A stretch of DNA of 64,000 nt from Patescibacteria group bacterium (GTDB lineage Bacteria; Patescibacteriota; SICC01). Positions 18,781-28,000 of this stretch are shown here, piece by piece (the stretch's first letter is position 1; each line of letters begins with the position of its first letter). The translations under genes were made by a program, and so were the position numbers. Where the stretch lies: positions 404,763 through 468,762 of the forward strand of contig JBBDXB010000006.1 in NCBI GenBank assembly GCA_040902515.1, read 5' to 3'. The notes under the pieces were generated by a model. It was not told the DNA's origin, did not search any database, and saw nothing but the letters and a program-made list of their open reading frames with translations.

Positions 18781-19422
18781 ATGGACATTACCTGGCACGG
18801 CCATGCCTGTTTTACCGTCCGTGGCACCTCTGCGGCGGTCGCGATCGATCCGTTCGGGGACATCGGGTTGAAGGAACCGAAGTTGACGGCGGACATCCTG
18901 CTGGTCTCGCACGACCACTACGATCACGCCAACACAGGCGCCGTGGACGGCGACCCGTACGTGGTCGACACGCCGGGCGAATATGAATCCGGCGGCGTGA
19001 TGATCGAAGGCATCCCGACCTATCACGACGACGAGGAAGGCGCGGAGCGCGGCCGGAACACGGTCTTCTCCTTCATCGTGGACGGACTGCACCTGGTCCA
19101 TCTCGGGGACCTCGGGCACGTGCTGGACGAAGCGACGGTCGAGCAGCTCGGCGACGTGGACATCCTCTTCATCCCGGTCGGCGGCCACTTCACGATCGAC
19201 GCCAAGGCTGCGGCGGAAGTGACGAAGCGGCTCCAACCGCGGATCACGATCCCGATGCACTACCAGGTGCCGAAGCTGAAGATCAAGGAGCTGAAGCCGG
19301 TGGATGACTTCCTGAAACAGGCCGGCGGCAAGGTCCGGAAGCTTGACAAGAAACTGTTCAAGCTCAAGCCGTCGGACCTTCCGGAGGACGAATCCCTGGT
19401 GGTCGTTTTCCCGAACCCGTAA
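18781..19422 (+). CDS. MBL-fold metal-dependent hydrolase (UPF0173-like).
   Basis: MDITWHGHACFTVRG...LLVSHDHYDHAN...GDLGH... The track fused it to 800 nt of antisense. The real ATG is at 18781. Confidence 0.8.
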   Translation: MDITWHGHACFTVRGTSAAVAIDPFGDIGLKEPKLTADILLVSHDHYDHANTGAVDGDPYVVDTPGEYESGGVMIEGIPTYHDDEEGAERGRNTVFSFIVDGLHLVHLGDLGHVLDEATVEQLGDVDILFIPVGGHFTIDAKAAAEVTKRLQPRITIPMHYQVPKLKIKELKPVDDFLKQAGGKVRKLDKKLFKLKPSDLPEDESLVVVFPNP

Positions 19423-19444
19423 TCGGGTACAATCGAAAGCACGT

Positions 19445-20125
19445 ATGGACCAACCGCACACGCCCTCGCATTCCGACGAAACGCCCGCGAACCGGCCCTC
19501 GCTGACCCAGCACGCCGTGGGGACGTGGAAGCTGGCCCACCGGTTCGTCCTCGATCTCTACAAGGTCTCCAGCCGCTTGCCGCACGACGAGCGCGAGGGC
19601 CTGGTGCCGATGCTGCGCGGCGGCGCGATGAAGGTCGCCTCGAGCATCGTGGCGGGACACGCCCGGAAGGAAGAGGCGACGTTCGCCGGCCACGCCAGCG
19701 ACGCGGCGGCGGCGCTTGAAGAGACGAAGTACGCGCTGCTGGTTGCGCGCGACCTCGGGTACCTGGCCGAAGTGACGTATGATCGGCTGATGGCGGACGC
19801 GGAACTGCTGACCGAACGGTTGGAAGAGTTGCGTGGGCGGCTTGGCACTGACAAGACGGAGGTTCCGGCGGTTTCTGCCAAGGCGTCCGACACGGGGCTG
19901 GACCAGTCCGGTGCGGGCGGGGAGCTGCCGTTCATGCCGGCGGAGCGCCGCACGTTCGCCACGACCAAAGGTGTCGGTTCGGCGGTGAAGGACCTGTGGG
20001 GCTGGCTCCGCGGCACGCCGGGACGGGTTTCCGGCAAGCACGATGACATCGAAGGCAGGATCTGGACGGAAGATTCGTCGCCGAACTATCTCGAGCAGCC
20101 GGACGACGAGTTGGCGCGACGATAG
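19445..20125 (+). CDS. Four-helix-bundle protein of the 23S-rRNA-intervening-sequence / bAvd family, with a ~100-aa C-terminal extension.
   Basis: WKLAHRFVLDLYKVSSRLPHDEREGLVPMLRGGAMKVASSIVAGHARKE...ETKYALLVARDLGYL matches that family. The extension is Gly/Asp-rich and unrecognised. Start taken at ATG 19445. Confidence 0.6.
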   Translation: MDQPHTPSHSDETPANRPSLTQHAVGTWKLAHRFVLDLYKVSSRLPHDEREGLVPMLRGGAMKVASSIVAGHARKEEATFAGHASDAAAALEETKYALLVARDLGYLAEVTYDRLMADAELLTERLEELRGRLGTDKTEVPAVSAKASDTGLDQSGAGGELPFMPAERRTFATTKGVGSAVKDLWGWLRGTPGRVSGKHDDIEGRIWTEDSSPNYLEQPDDELARR

Positions 20126-20240
20126 AACGCGTTCGCCGATAGGTTGCCCGGCGGATAGCCCGGCTCAACACACGCTCTGCCCCTGAGATCGGAAGGGCCT
20201 CGCTTAAGCGTCTCAGTGTTTCGCCGGACTATCCGGCGCG

Positions 20241-20582
20241 CTACTTCTTCGCGTTCGCAGCCTTCTTTGCCGGCGGCTTGGCGGCAGCCTTCTTCGCCGG
20301 CTTCGCCGCGGGCCGCTTCTTCGGCTTGGTCACCTCCGGGCGATCCTTCTGCAGTTTGGTGAGATTCCGGATCGTCTTGGCATCCAGCTTCACGCGCACG
20401 AGTTTGCCGTCCACCAGGACCTTCGTCTTCTGGAGGTTCGGGCGGAACAGCCGCTTGGTCTTGTTCTGGGCGTGCGAGACGTTATGGCCGGATTGCGGCC
20501 GTTTCTCGACGACGCCGAGTTTGGCCAACGCCCGCCGCTTGGCGGCACGCCGGTTGTTCTTCGGATGTGTAGAAGCTCGCAT
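20241..20582 (-). CDS. rpmB: 50S ribosomal protein L28 with a Lys/Ala-rich C-terminal tail.
   Basis: RPQSGHNVSHAQNKTKRLFRPNLQKTKVLVDGKLVRVKLDAKTIRNL is the L28 core. The tail is KPKKRPAAKPAKKAAAKPPAKKAANAKK. Confidence 0.8.
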   Translation of the reverse strand: MRASTHPKNNRRAAKRRALAKLGVVEKRPQSGHNVSHAQNKTKRLFRPNLQKTKVLVDGKLVRVKLDAKTIRNLTKLQKDRPEVTKPKKRPAAKPAKKAAAKPPAKKAANAKK

Positions 20583-20642
20583 ACCGGAACAGTATACCGT
20601 GTCTGTCGGGGTTGGGGCAGGGGTCGGGCCGGAAGAAACCCG

Positions 20643-21404
20643 CTATCCGTGGTCAGGAATCGACCGCACCTTTCCCCGCCGCCGGCTAAGCAGGCCCGCC
20701 TCCCGCATCCGTTCCACTCCCCGGTCGGCGAGCATGGCGGCGGACCGGCGCCGGTCCAGCCCGGCATACCCCTGGTTGCTCCGGTAGGCTTTCGCCGCGA
20801 CGGCTTCGAGCCGCTCCAGGGCGGTGAGCAGCTCGTCGACGTTCCGGTGATACGGGTATATCATCCGTATCAATGTCGGCCGCAGCTCCTCCAAGAATTC
20901 CGCTTCTTCCGCCAGTGCCGCCAATTCCTCGACCTTCTCCGGGAGCGCTCCCTGCGGCTCGGCGGGCGCGGGGCTTCGCTCCTCGATCATCCGCGGGTAG
21001 GATTCGAGCCGTTGCCGCAACGGCTCAAGCTCCTCTGCTGACTCCGGCCGGCTGCGATATGTCTCCATGGCACGCTGGATGGACGAGTGGGATCGATTGA
21101 AGACGGTTCCCAGCTCCACGGTGCTGATCCGGAGAGTATCGTAAAGCAGGCACGCCGCCCGGGCGCGCATGTGCGAAGCCTCATGGGTCTGCGACCCACC
21201 GAGCACCTCTTCGATGGTGACACCCGGCCGTGAGCTCGTCGTGACCAGTAAGCCGAGCGCGGCCTCTTCCCGCTGCGAGGGCCGCAGGACATCCAGTCGT
21301 TCCCAAAGCAGCTCGTAATCCTCGCGCGGAAATGCCTCCCATACGTCGGGAACGGTCCGTTCTGCCCCACCGAAGCCTGCTTGTTCGATTCCTTCCGTGC
21401 TCAT
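20643..21404 (-). CDS. Hypothetical protein with a DnaA-C-terminal-like helix-turn-helix.
   Basis: LLYDTLRISTVELGTVFNRSHSSIQRAMETYR resembles the DnaA domain IV HTH. Start ambiguous (ATG 21404 giving MSTEGIEQ, or GTG 21485). Confidence 0.45.
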   Translation of the reverse strand: MSTEGIEQAGFGGAERTVPDVWEAFPREDYELLWERLDVLRPSQREEAALGLLVTTSSRPGVTIEEVLGGSQTHEASHMRARAACLLYDTLRISTVELGTVFNRSHSSIQRAMETYRSRPESAEELEPLRQRLESYPRMIEERSPAPAEPQGALPEKVEELAALAEEAEFLEELRPTLIRMIYPYHRNVDELLTALERLEAVAAKAYRSNQGYAGLDRRRSAAMLADRGVERMREAGLLSRRRGKVRSIPDHG

Positions 21405-21505
21405 GCTCTCGCGGTTAACGGATAAGTCTAGATGACGGGAACCGCGGGCGCAACGAGCGTAGTGGTTTGCCGGAGCGTCTGCCACCCTGCGTATACTGAT
21501 GGAAG

Positions 21506-22183
21506 ATGACCGGCATCTTCATCCTCGATTACTTCCTGCAGTCGCCGCTCGACGCGGTGTTCGTGCTGATCGCGATCCTAATCGCGCTCACCGTGCACGA
21601 GTCCGCACATGCCTGGGTGGCGTCGCGGCAGGGCGACCAGACCGCCCGGATGCTCGGCCGCGTCTCGCTGAACCCGCGGGCACACCTGGACCCCGCCGGC
21701 TCATTCCTGTTCCTGGTGGCCGGCATCGGTTGGGGCAAGCCCGTGCCGGTGGATCCGCGCTTCCTCAAGGACGGCCGGCTCGGCGACTTCTACGTGTCGA
21801 TCGCCGGCATCGTCACGAACCTGCTGATTGCGTTCATCTTCGCGATCCCGCTCCGCCTGCTGGACTTCACCGGCGCCGACATCACCGTGATGAACGAGAC
21901 CTGGCTGCGGTTCACCACGATCGTCGCGGACATCAACATCCTGCTGGCGGCGTTCAACCTGCTGCCGATCCCGCCGCTGGACGGCTCGAAGGCGATCGGC
22001 ATCTTCGTGCCGCGCCGGTTCCAGCCGATGTATCAGGAATATCTCCGCGTCGGGCCGGTGCTCCTGATCGGCATCTTCCTGTTCGCGATCGCGTTCAACT
22101 CGCGGATCCTGGGTGTGATCCTGGATCCGATCCTCGCCGTCTTCAGCTACTTCGTGAAGGCGTTCCCGGCGGGGCTGGTGTAG
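21506..22183 (+). CDS. Site-2 protease-family (M50) intramembrane metalloprotease.
   Basis: HExxH in LTVHESAHAWVA. Second motif NLLPIPPLDGSKA. Multi-TM. Confidence 0.8.
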   Translation: MTGIFILDYFLQSPLDAVFVLIAILIALTVHESAHAWVASRQGDQTARMLGRVSLNPRAHLDPAGSFLFLVAGIGWGKPVPVDPRFLKDGRLGDFYVSIAGIVTNLLIAFIFAIPLRLLDFTGADITVMNETWLRFTTIVADINILLAAFNLLPIPPLDGSKAIGIFVPRRFQPMYQEYLRVGPVLLIGIFLFAIAFNSRILGVILDPILAVFSYFVKAFPAGLV

Positions 22184-22370
22184 GGGTCCCAGGTTTTGTA
22201 AATAAATCCAAAGGACACCGGCGGCTTCTGTCGCTAGAATGAGCTTGCCCGACCGGCTGTATTGAACCTTCGTCAATACAACGGGAATCCTAGATTGTCG
22301 GCCGTCGTGGCGGCTACGACTGCGGACACCCACCTGGTCGCACCAGGTCATCAATACCCGGTCCAGGGCG

Positions 22371-22408
22371 TAAGGAAACCCCGGCGCTTCGCGAGAGGCG
22401 CCGGGGTC
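22371..22408. terminator. Bidirectional GC hairpin (CCCCGGCGC-N10-GCGCCGGGG) flanked by A/T tracts, immediately 3' of tRNA-Pro.
   Basis: A 9-bp perfect stem read from the sequence. GTTTGTGTG follows on the plus strand and a T-rich tail on the minus strand. Confidence 0.45.
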
Positions 22409-22427
22409 GTTTGTGTGGTGGCCCGTG

Positions 22428-22501
22428 TCGGGGCGGCCGGATTCGAACCGGCGACCTCACGGCCCCCAGCCGTACGCGCTGCCAGGCTGCGCCACGCCCC
22501 G
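22428..22501 (-). tRNA. tRNA-Pro, anticodon GGG, 74 nt, CCA not encoded.
   Basis: Manual cloverleaf: acceptor CGGGGCG/CGCCCCG, D-arm GCGC-AGCCTGGCA-GCGC, anticodon arm TACGG-CTGGGGG-CCGTG, T-arm GCCGG-TTCGAAT-CCGGC, discriminator A. The track ORF 22262-23239 runs through it and is rejected in this region. Confidence 0.85.
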
Positions 22502-22564
22502 TGGTTCCTATTATTGCATGACGGGAAACTGGCTTCTCGTAGCGACCGACCGACCACCGGTAGT

Positions 22565-23239
22565 ATGCTGGGACCGATGCCCGATCGATCCGACCTCACC
22601 GCCGTCCTCTTCAACTGCACGCTCAAGCGGTCGTCGACGGAGTCGAATACCGGCGCGCTGCTCGACATCGTCACCGGTCACTTCGACACGCTCGGCGTGG
22701 CGCACGAGACCGTCCGGGTGGTCGACCACCACGTCCCGTTCGGCGTGACGTCGGATGAGGGCGAGGTGGACGGCAAGGCCGACCAGTGGCCGGAGCTCCT
22801 CGCCAAGATCAAGGCGGCGGACATCTTCGTGCTCGGCACGCCGATCTGGTTCGGGGTTCGCGGCAGCGTGGCACAGCTCGTGATCGAGCGGCTGGATGGC
22901 ACGTACAACGAGACGAACGAGGCCGGGCAGTATCCGATGTACAACAAGGTCGCCGGCGTGGCGGTGACCGGCAATGAGGACGGCGCGCATGACGCGGCCG
23001 GGACGACGCTCTACAACCTCTCGCATCTCGGCTTCACGATCCCGCCCAACGCCGACACGTACTGGGTCGGCGAGGCCGGACCGGGCCCGAGCTTCATCGA
23101 GGCCGGCGGCGCGGATCATGAGTACACGAAGAAGACGGCCGGTTGGATGGCGCACAACCTCGTGCACTTGGCGCGGAAGCTCAAGGATTCGCCGATTCCG
23201 CCGGAGGGGAACACCGTGCCGTGCAAGCATGGCGGATAG
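22565..23239 (+). CDS. Flavodoxin-like NAD(P)H-dependent FMN reductase / quinone reductase family protein.
   Basis: LTAVLFNCTLKRS...ADIFVLGTPIWFGVRGSVAQL is a flavodoxin-like-fold signature. Start at ATG 22565 or 22577. Confidence 0.65.
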   Translation: MLGPMPDRSDLTAVLFNCTLKRSSTESNTGALLDIVTGHFDTLGVAHETVRVVDHHVPFGVTSDEGEVDGKADQWPELLAKIKAADIFVLGTPIWFGVRGSVAQLVIERLDGTYNETNEAGQYPMYNKVAGVAVTGNEDGAHDAAGTTLYNLSHLGFTIPPNADTYWVGEAGPGPSFIEAGGADHEYTKKTAGWMAHNLVHLARKLKDSPIPPEGNTVPCKHGG

Positions 23240-23361
23240 TGCCCGCGCGCCACTTTCCGCTTGCCCGATTGACCCTCTCGCCTGCCCGGCGCTATGCTGA
23301 AGTGCTCTTTTCGCAAACCTTGTGAAGGGAACGTAGCTTCGACAATCAGCCGGGCAGTGCG

Positions 23362-23562
23362 TTGAGCGCTGACCGACAGCAAACGACCGACGACGGAGGT
23401 ACCGACGTGCCCATACGTCCGCAACAGTGGACGAAGTTCTGGGACGACCTGTCACCGCGGACCAAGGAGTGGATCACGGGAATCGTCCTGACCCTGATGG
23501 CCCTGGCCATCTGCGCGAGCATCGTGGTGGGAACCATGAACGGCGACATCGAGATGTGGTAG
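23362..23562 (+). CDS. Possible 66-aa single-TM microprotein.
   Basis: WITGIVLTLMALAICASIVVG is a TM helix. A TTGACC-N18-TATGCT promoter-like element lies at 23272-23301. No homology. Confidence 0.3.
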   Translation: MSADRQQTTDDGGTDVPIRPQQWTKFWDDLSPRTKEWITGIVLTLMALAICASIVVGTMNGDIEMW

Positions 23563-23717
23563 CGCCATCACCAGGACCCGCCAAAGCCGCGTCGCACCGG
23601 ATTCGAGACGAATGAACCATTCCCTCAGATCCAGCGACGCGGCTTTTCCCTTTGTCGATTTCGACCGGGGAAACGTCGAGAATAACGCAAAATTACCTCA
23701 GTTAAGCAGTTTAGACC

Positions 23718-23745
23718 TTGACAGTCCGGAACCTCTCCGTATAGT
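23718..23745 (+). promoter_or_regulatory. Sigma-70-like promoter TTGACA-N16-TATAGT, about 240 nt upstream of the 23988 ORF.
   Basis: Read directly: TTGACA at 23718-23723 and TATAGT at 23740-23745. Confidence 0.45.
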
Positions 23746-23987
23746 GGACAGGCAATCCGTGCGGTGCGGCCAGACGAAGGCCTTGCCGCCGGTGCGCGCA
23801 CCTTAGCAACCAGGGACTGCGAAGAAACCGGATTCTTTGGTCTCCCCGCGGGGATGGTTTAGTAATGCGCTGCGATACGCGCGCCGCCTATCCGTCCGTG
23901 CGGAGAGGCCAAGGAAGTTCCTCGGTTTCATGCAAGCGCAAACGATGGCTGCCCTCGGGTGGTCCATGAAAGGAAAGGTGATCCTCC

Positions 23988-24953
23988 ATGATCACGAAGC
24001 TCGGCATGAGGAAGCTCATCCTGGGCCTGGTGCTGGGGGTGATCCTCCTCGGTACTGCGGGTGCGGGGTCGGCGTGGGCGTTGCCCGCTCCGTTTGCCTG
24101 GTGCGACGGTCAGCCCCGGGATGCGGAGGCTGGGTGGGTGGAGTGCCGTACCGGTCAGGAGGTCAAGGCGGTTACCCGCCAAAACCTCCTTGACCCAAAC
24201 GACACGCCTGTGCCTGCCGACTGGGACCCTCATTACGAGAACGACACGTTCCAGCCGGAGCAGTTCGATACGACTACGTTCCGGTACGTCTACACGGTGC
24301 CGGGTACGTATGTCGTTCACTTTCGGACTGATGATGGGCGACAGGGCAGGATGGTGGTTCAAATCACCGACTCTGCCATCCTCACCCAGGAGCCCGCGTT
24401 CCAGTTCACGCCCGTTCATCCGCGGCGTCCGAACGGCGGCGACCAGTACGAGACCCGTCTGTTCAGGGGCGGCGAGCATCGGGGCAAGTGCATGGTGGAG
24501 CGTTCGGTCGGCTACTATGCCTACCGTGACCACACCTACCGTGCGGGCATCGTCATCCGGTACCGGTTCGTGAAAAGGAAGCGTGTCCGCGGCTCGAAGC
24601 GCGTCCGGCGTGTCGTCCGTAAGGGCCGGCTGGGAGCGGATCGTGATCCAGGCACGACCTACACGGCCTCGCAGGACCATCGCTTCGCAGGCGTAGGCGT
24701 GCTGTTCGCGGCACGTGGAAGCAAGGAGGCGCGCCGTCGCTTCCGCCGTTTCGAGCGCCTCGGCACCCGGTTCGTAGTGATCCTGCGTGAGCGGATCGTC
24801 GCTGCCGACGGTTCGACGCTCTACTACACCAAGCGTCGTAACTGGCTGGATCCGACCTCGTGTTCGTTCATCGACAAACCACGAAGACGGGTCCAGAAGA
24901 AGCGCACGCGCCGAAAGCAGTCCATGGCAACAACCCGGTCACCCAATCGCTGA
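23988..24953 (+). CDS. Hypothetical secreted protein with an extremely basic Arg/Lys-rich C-terminal third.
   Basis: Signal peptide MITKLGMRKLILGLVLGVILLGTAGAGSAWA. RBS GGAAAGGTGA. The C-terminus reads RYRFVKRKRVRGSKRVRRVVRKGR...KPRRRVQKKRTRRKQ. Confidence 0.55.
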   Translation: MITKLGMRKLILGLVLGVILLGTAGAGSAWALPAPFAWCDGQPRDAEAGWVECRTGQEVKAVTRQNLLDPNDTPVPADWDPHYENDTFQPEQFDTTTFRYVYTVPGTYVVHFRTDDGRQGRMVVQITDSAILTQEPAFQFTPVHPRRPNGGDQYETRLFRGGEHRGKCMVERSVGYYAYRDHTYRAGIVIRYRFVKRKRVRGSKRVRRVVRKGRLGADRDPGTTYTASQDHRFAGVGVLFAARGSKEARRRFRRFERLGTRFVVILRERIVAADGSTLYYTKRRNWLDPTSCSFIDKPRRRVQKKRTRRKQSMATTRSPNR

Positions 24954-25030
24954 TTGCTGACCGGCTGAACGCCGCCCAACCATCTGTGCCCTTCGGGGAA
25001 CAACACAGGTGCGGGCGGCGTTTTCAGTGG

Positions 25031-25059
25031 TTGACAAAACCACTTAACGGTGGTATCAT
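25031..25059 (+). promoter_or_regulatory. Consensus sigma-70-type promoter TTGACA-N17-TATCAT embedded in two overlapping inverted repeats.
   Basis: TTGACA at 25031-25036 and TATCAT at 25054-25059, about 30 nt upstream of the GTG of the 1267-aa ORF. GTGGTT-GACAA-AACCAC and ACCAC-TTAACG-GTGGT flank and overlap the -35. Confidence 0.5.
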
Positions 25060-25089
25060 CACATAATTTACAAAATCAAAAGAAAACAC

Positions 25090-28000
25090 GTGCGCTCGAT
25101 TCCAGTTCCCAGATTTCTGAAACTGCTCCAGTTTGCCGCCATTGTCGTCGGCGGGCTTTCCGGTGGTGTGGCCGCGGGGGATGTCGCAGAGGCGTACCGG
25201 TACATAGTGCCGCCGACGAATTTTGGCGGTGAAGTGCATATCCGGACGACAATCAACCAGTCGTATGTATCCAACGACCCGGCGGAAGATGGTCCCCCAA
25301 GGGATAGTCAGTCAGATACCATCGCTTATATGCCGACGCAGTATCTGGTGTTTTCAAAAAGCCGGGACATCCGTATCGATATCAAAGGAGGACGTTTCGA
25401 TTTTGACGACTGGGGGGACACTATCAGGACCTGTCCGTCCCCCGGCTGTGAGGGACCACTTGCGAGCGGCAGAAGCTTTATCTATGAGCTGTATCAACTA
25501 GAGGAACTGAATCGACTGAGTGGAGAAAACCAACGATTGGCGGCGGTCGGTGCTCGAAGCGGACATCCGTCCATGAGCACAACGAACATTGCTGCCAACG
25601 ACGCGAACTGGGATCCCGACCCACTCTTTGATACCGGAAACGTCAGTGTTTCGGCGCGTCGATTCAAGGACGAACAGGGCCTCTATCCGCAGTGGAAAGG
25701 GTATTATGTCTTTCTGATCAAGGTCGTGCACGACCGCGATCAGAACAACGGATACATAGATCGCGCCGATCGATTCATTAGAAGTTTCCAGAATGATCCC
25801 TTTTTCAACGGTGGTGCTGAGCGTAATTTCGACGAATATGTGGAAGAGCGCGGTTGTGCGGTGATTAATGGAAAATACCTTGAGCCCGATGCTCCCGTAG
25901 TCTGTCCCGACAGGTGGCGAGAAAGCGTAGCTGTCGATTTCAATGAAGCTTTTGAGATCGCAGGAAACACTCACTGGATCCGTACGCCAAACAGTTCTGA
26001 GGATGGACATCCTGTCTACATGGCAAGCGCGCCCTCGGAGCTTGCTTTCAACGTGCGCCAGAACTTCTACGACAGCTCCTTGCCCAGCACGCACGCCCAG
26101 ACCTCGACCGGGCTTCGCATCAACACGGTCGGTGAGGAAGCGGGCTGCCGTAATGACGGCACCCCACGACCGCGGCTGACGAACACCGACTGGGACCGGG
26201 CCGCCGAAGTGCAGGATGGTCCACCGCCAGCAGGCAGCGTCGACAACAGACCGAAGGCGGAAATCAGGTTCCCCGGGCGGGGCTCGGTGCCGATTGACGC
26301 CGGCGTGACCGGTGGTCCGCCACCCGATGGTTACTTCCCCAGCGGTCTTGGACGGGTCGGTACGTTCCCGATGGCGGTAGCGGGCGTCGGTCCCAACGTC
26401 CAGACCGCCATGAACCTCTACAGCTTCGGAAGGAATAACCAGCTCTACATGGGTGGTGCGTACATCACCGCGACGGGGCCGTTCGTGGGGCCGATCGTCG
26501 GGTGCGTCCAGGACATCCAGGTGTCGCCGCTCTCGCCGAGGAGCGTATTCTCCGGCTACCGCTATAACGGTCGGGACTCGTTCTCTGTGACGTCCGGACA
26601 CACGCAGGGACTGCTGAACTTCCGGTTCCAGTACCGCAACGTGGGTAGCTATGCCCCACAGGTCGGCCAGGCGGACTGGCGGGTCGAGGTGGCCGGAGTC
26701 GGCCAGGTCGGCAGTGGCCGGGACATCTTCACGAACGATTCGCAGCCGACCCAGTGGAACGCCCGTGCCGTGAACAACGTCGACATGGGCGGGCACGCCG
26801 GCTTCCGCCTGTGGCGCGCCTGCGTGAATGCGGCTGGCAAGGATCGCTGCTCCGGCTGGGTCACGTTCCAGGTCAACGACGGTCCGATCGCCCAGATCCT
26901 CTCGCCCGCCAACAACGCGAACGTGAACCATAACCAGTGCACGCCGCTGACCTCGCGCATGACCGACCCGGACACGGGTGAACGCGTGGGCGCCCGCTTC
27001 AACGTCACCTGGAACGACAGCCGCGGCTCGAACGTGGTCTACACCCGCCTGTATGACTATCCGGCTACGCTCAAGAACAACGGGTCAACGTTCTCAGCAG
27101 ACGAACTCCGCGTGGAGAGCTGGCAGACCAATGGCAGCAACCAGTCGTTCGTTCCGAACATCACCCTGACCGACTTCATCCGGCGGTACGTGCCCGACGG
27201 CGTGGACGTCAACTGGAACTCCCGCGGCTACGACTTCACCGGAGCCTCCGACCTGAACGGCACCCGCCGGTTCCACGCGAATCTCTACAGCCCGCCGATC
27301 AGTCTGCTGGACACGCTCCAGACTTCCACGCCTCACTTCCGCTGGGGACTCGCGGCCGGCGCGGCGTACCACCGCAACACGCGGCCGATCCTCGACGCCA
27401 GTCCGCAGACCGCCAAGAACCTCTACGATCTGAGCGACAGCGGGTTCGCGACGCCGCTTACCAACGTCACCGACGGACAGACCGTCCGGGTCCGGACCGT
27501 CGTGACCAACTCCGGCGAGACGCCGACGCCGTTCTACCAGATATATGACTACCTCGGCAGCACCCGTGACTTCGAGAAGCCGAAGAGCGTGAGCATCCGC
27601 AAGGGCGACGGCGGCACCAGGACGTTCATGCGCGCCAACGAGGTTGATGACCTGATCAAGCAGGTCATGGTCCGTAACGAGGATAATCCGAACCTGGACC
27701 AGGAAGGGCCGTTCCCCACGGACAGCGCGGACTACCGAAACTCCGCCTGGCGGATCGACTTCGGCGCGAATACCGCCTCCGGTTCGCTCCTGAACCGGGC
27801 CGCCGGTTCCAGCCAACTGAATCCGGGCGAGAAGATCATCATCGAATATACCATTCGTGCCAACCGGAACCAGGCGATTACTCCGCCGCAGATCGACCCC
27901 GATGCCGCCGACGAGGAAGGGAACTTCCAGCGCCGGCAGCCGGTGGGTGATTCCCGCGGCGGCGTGGCTCCGTCCGACACCCACACGCACCTGTACTATC

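Noticed and set aside
17977-19422. 481-aa plus-strand ORF from the track
   Set aside because: Only the last 213 aa (from ATG 18781) are the MBL-fold hydrolase. The upstream 800 nt are the antisense of pgeF and the DUF457-like gene, with Arg/Gly/Asp-rich low-complexity translation.
18025-19461. 478-aa minus-strand ORF from the track
   Set aside because: The C-terminal 237 aa are PgeF. The N-terminal half is antisense to the MBL gene (LLDLQLRHLVVHRDRD-type junk).
19445-20125. Diversity-generating retroelement, because of the bAvd-like protein
   Set aside because: No reverse transcriptase and no template/variable repeat pair were visible in the window. It was kept only as a standalone four-helix-bundle protein.
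22262-23239. 325-aa ORF running through tRNA-Pro
   Set aside because: The N-terminal 100 codons overlap a clear tRNA-Pro(GGG) and its terminator. The genuine flavodoxin-like CDS starts at about 22565.
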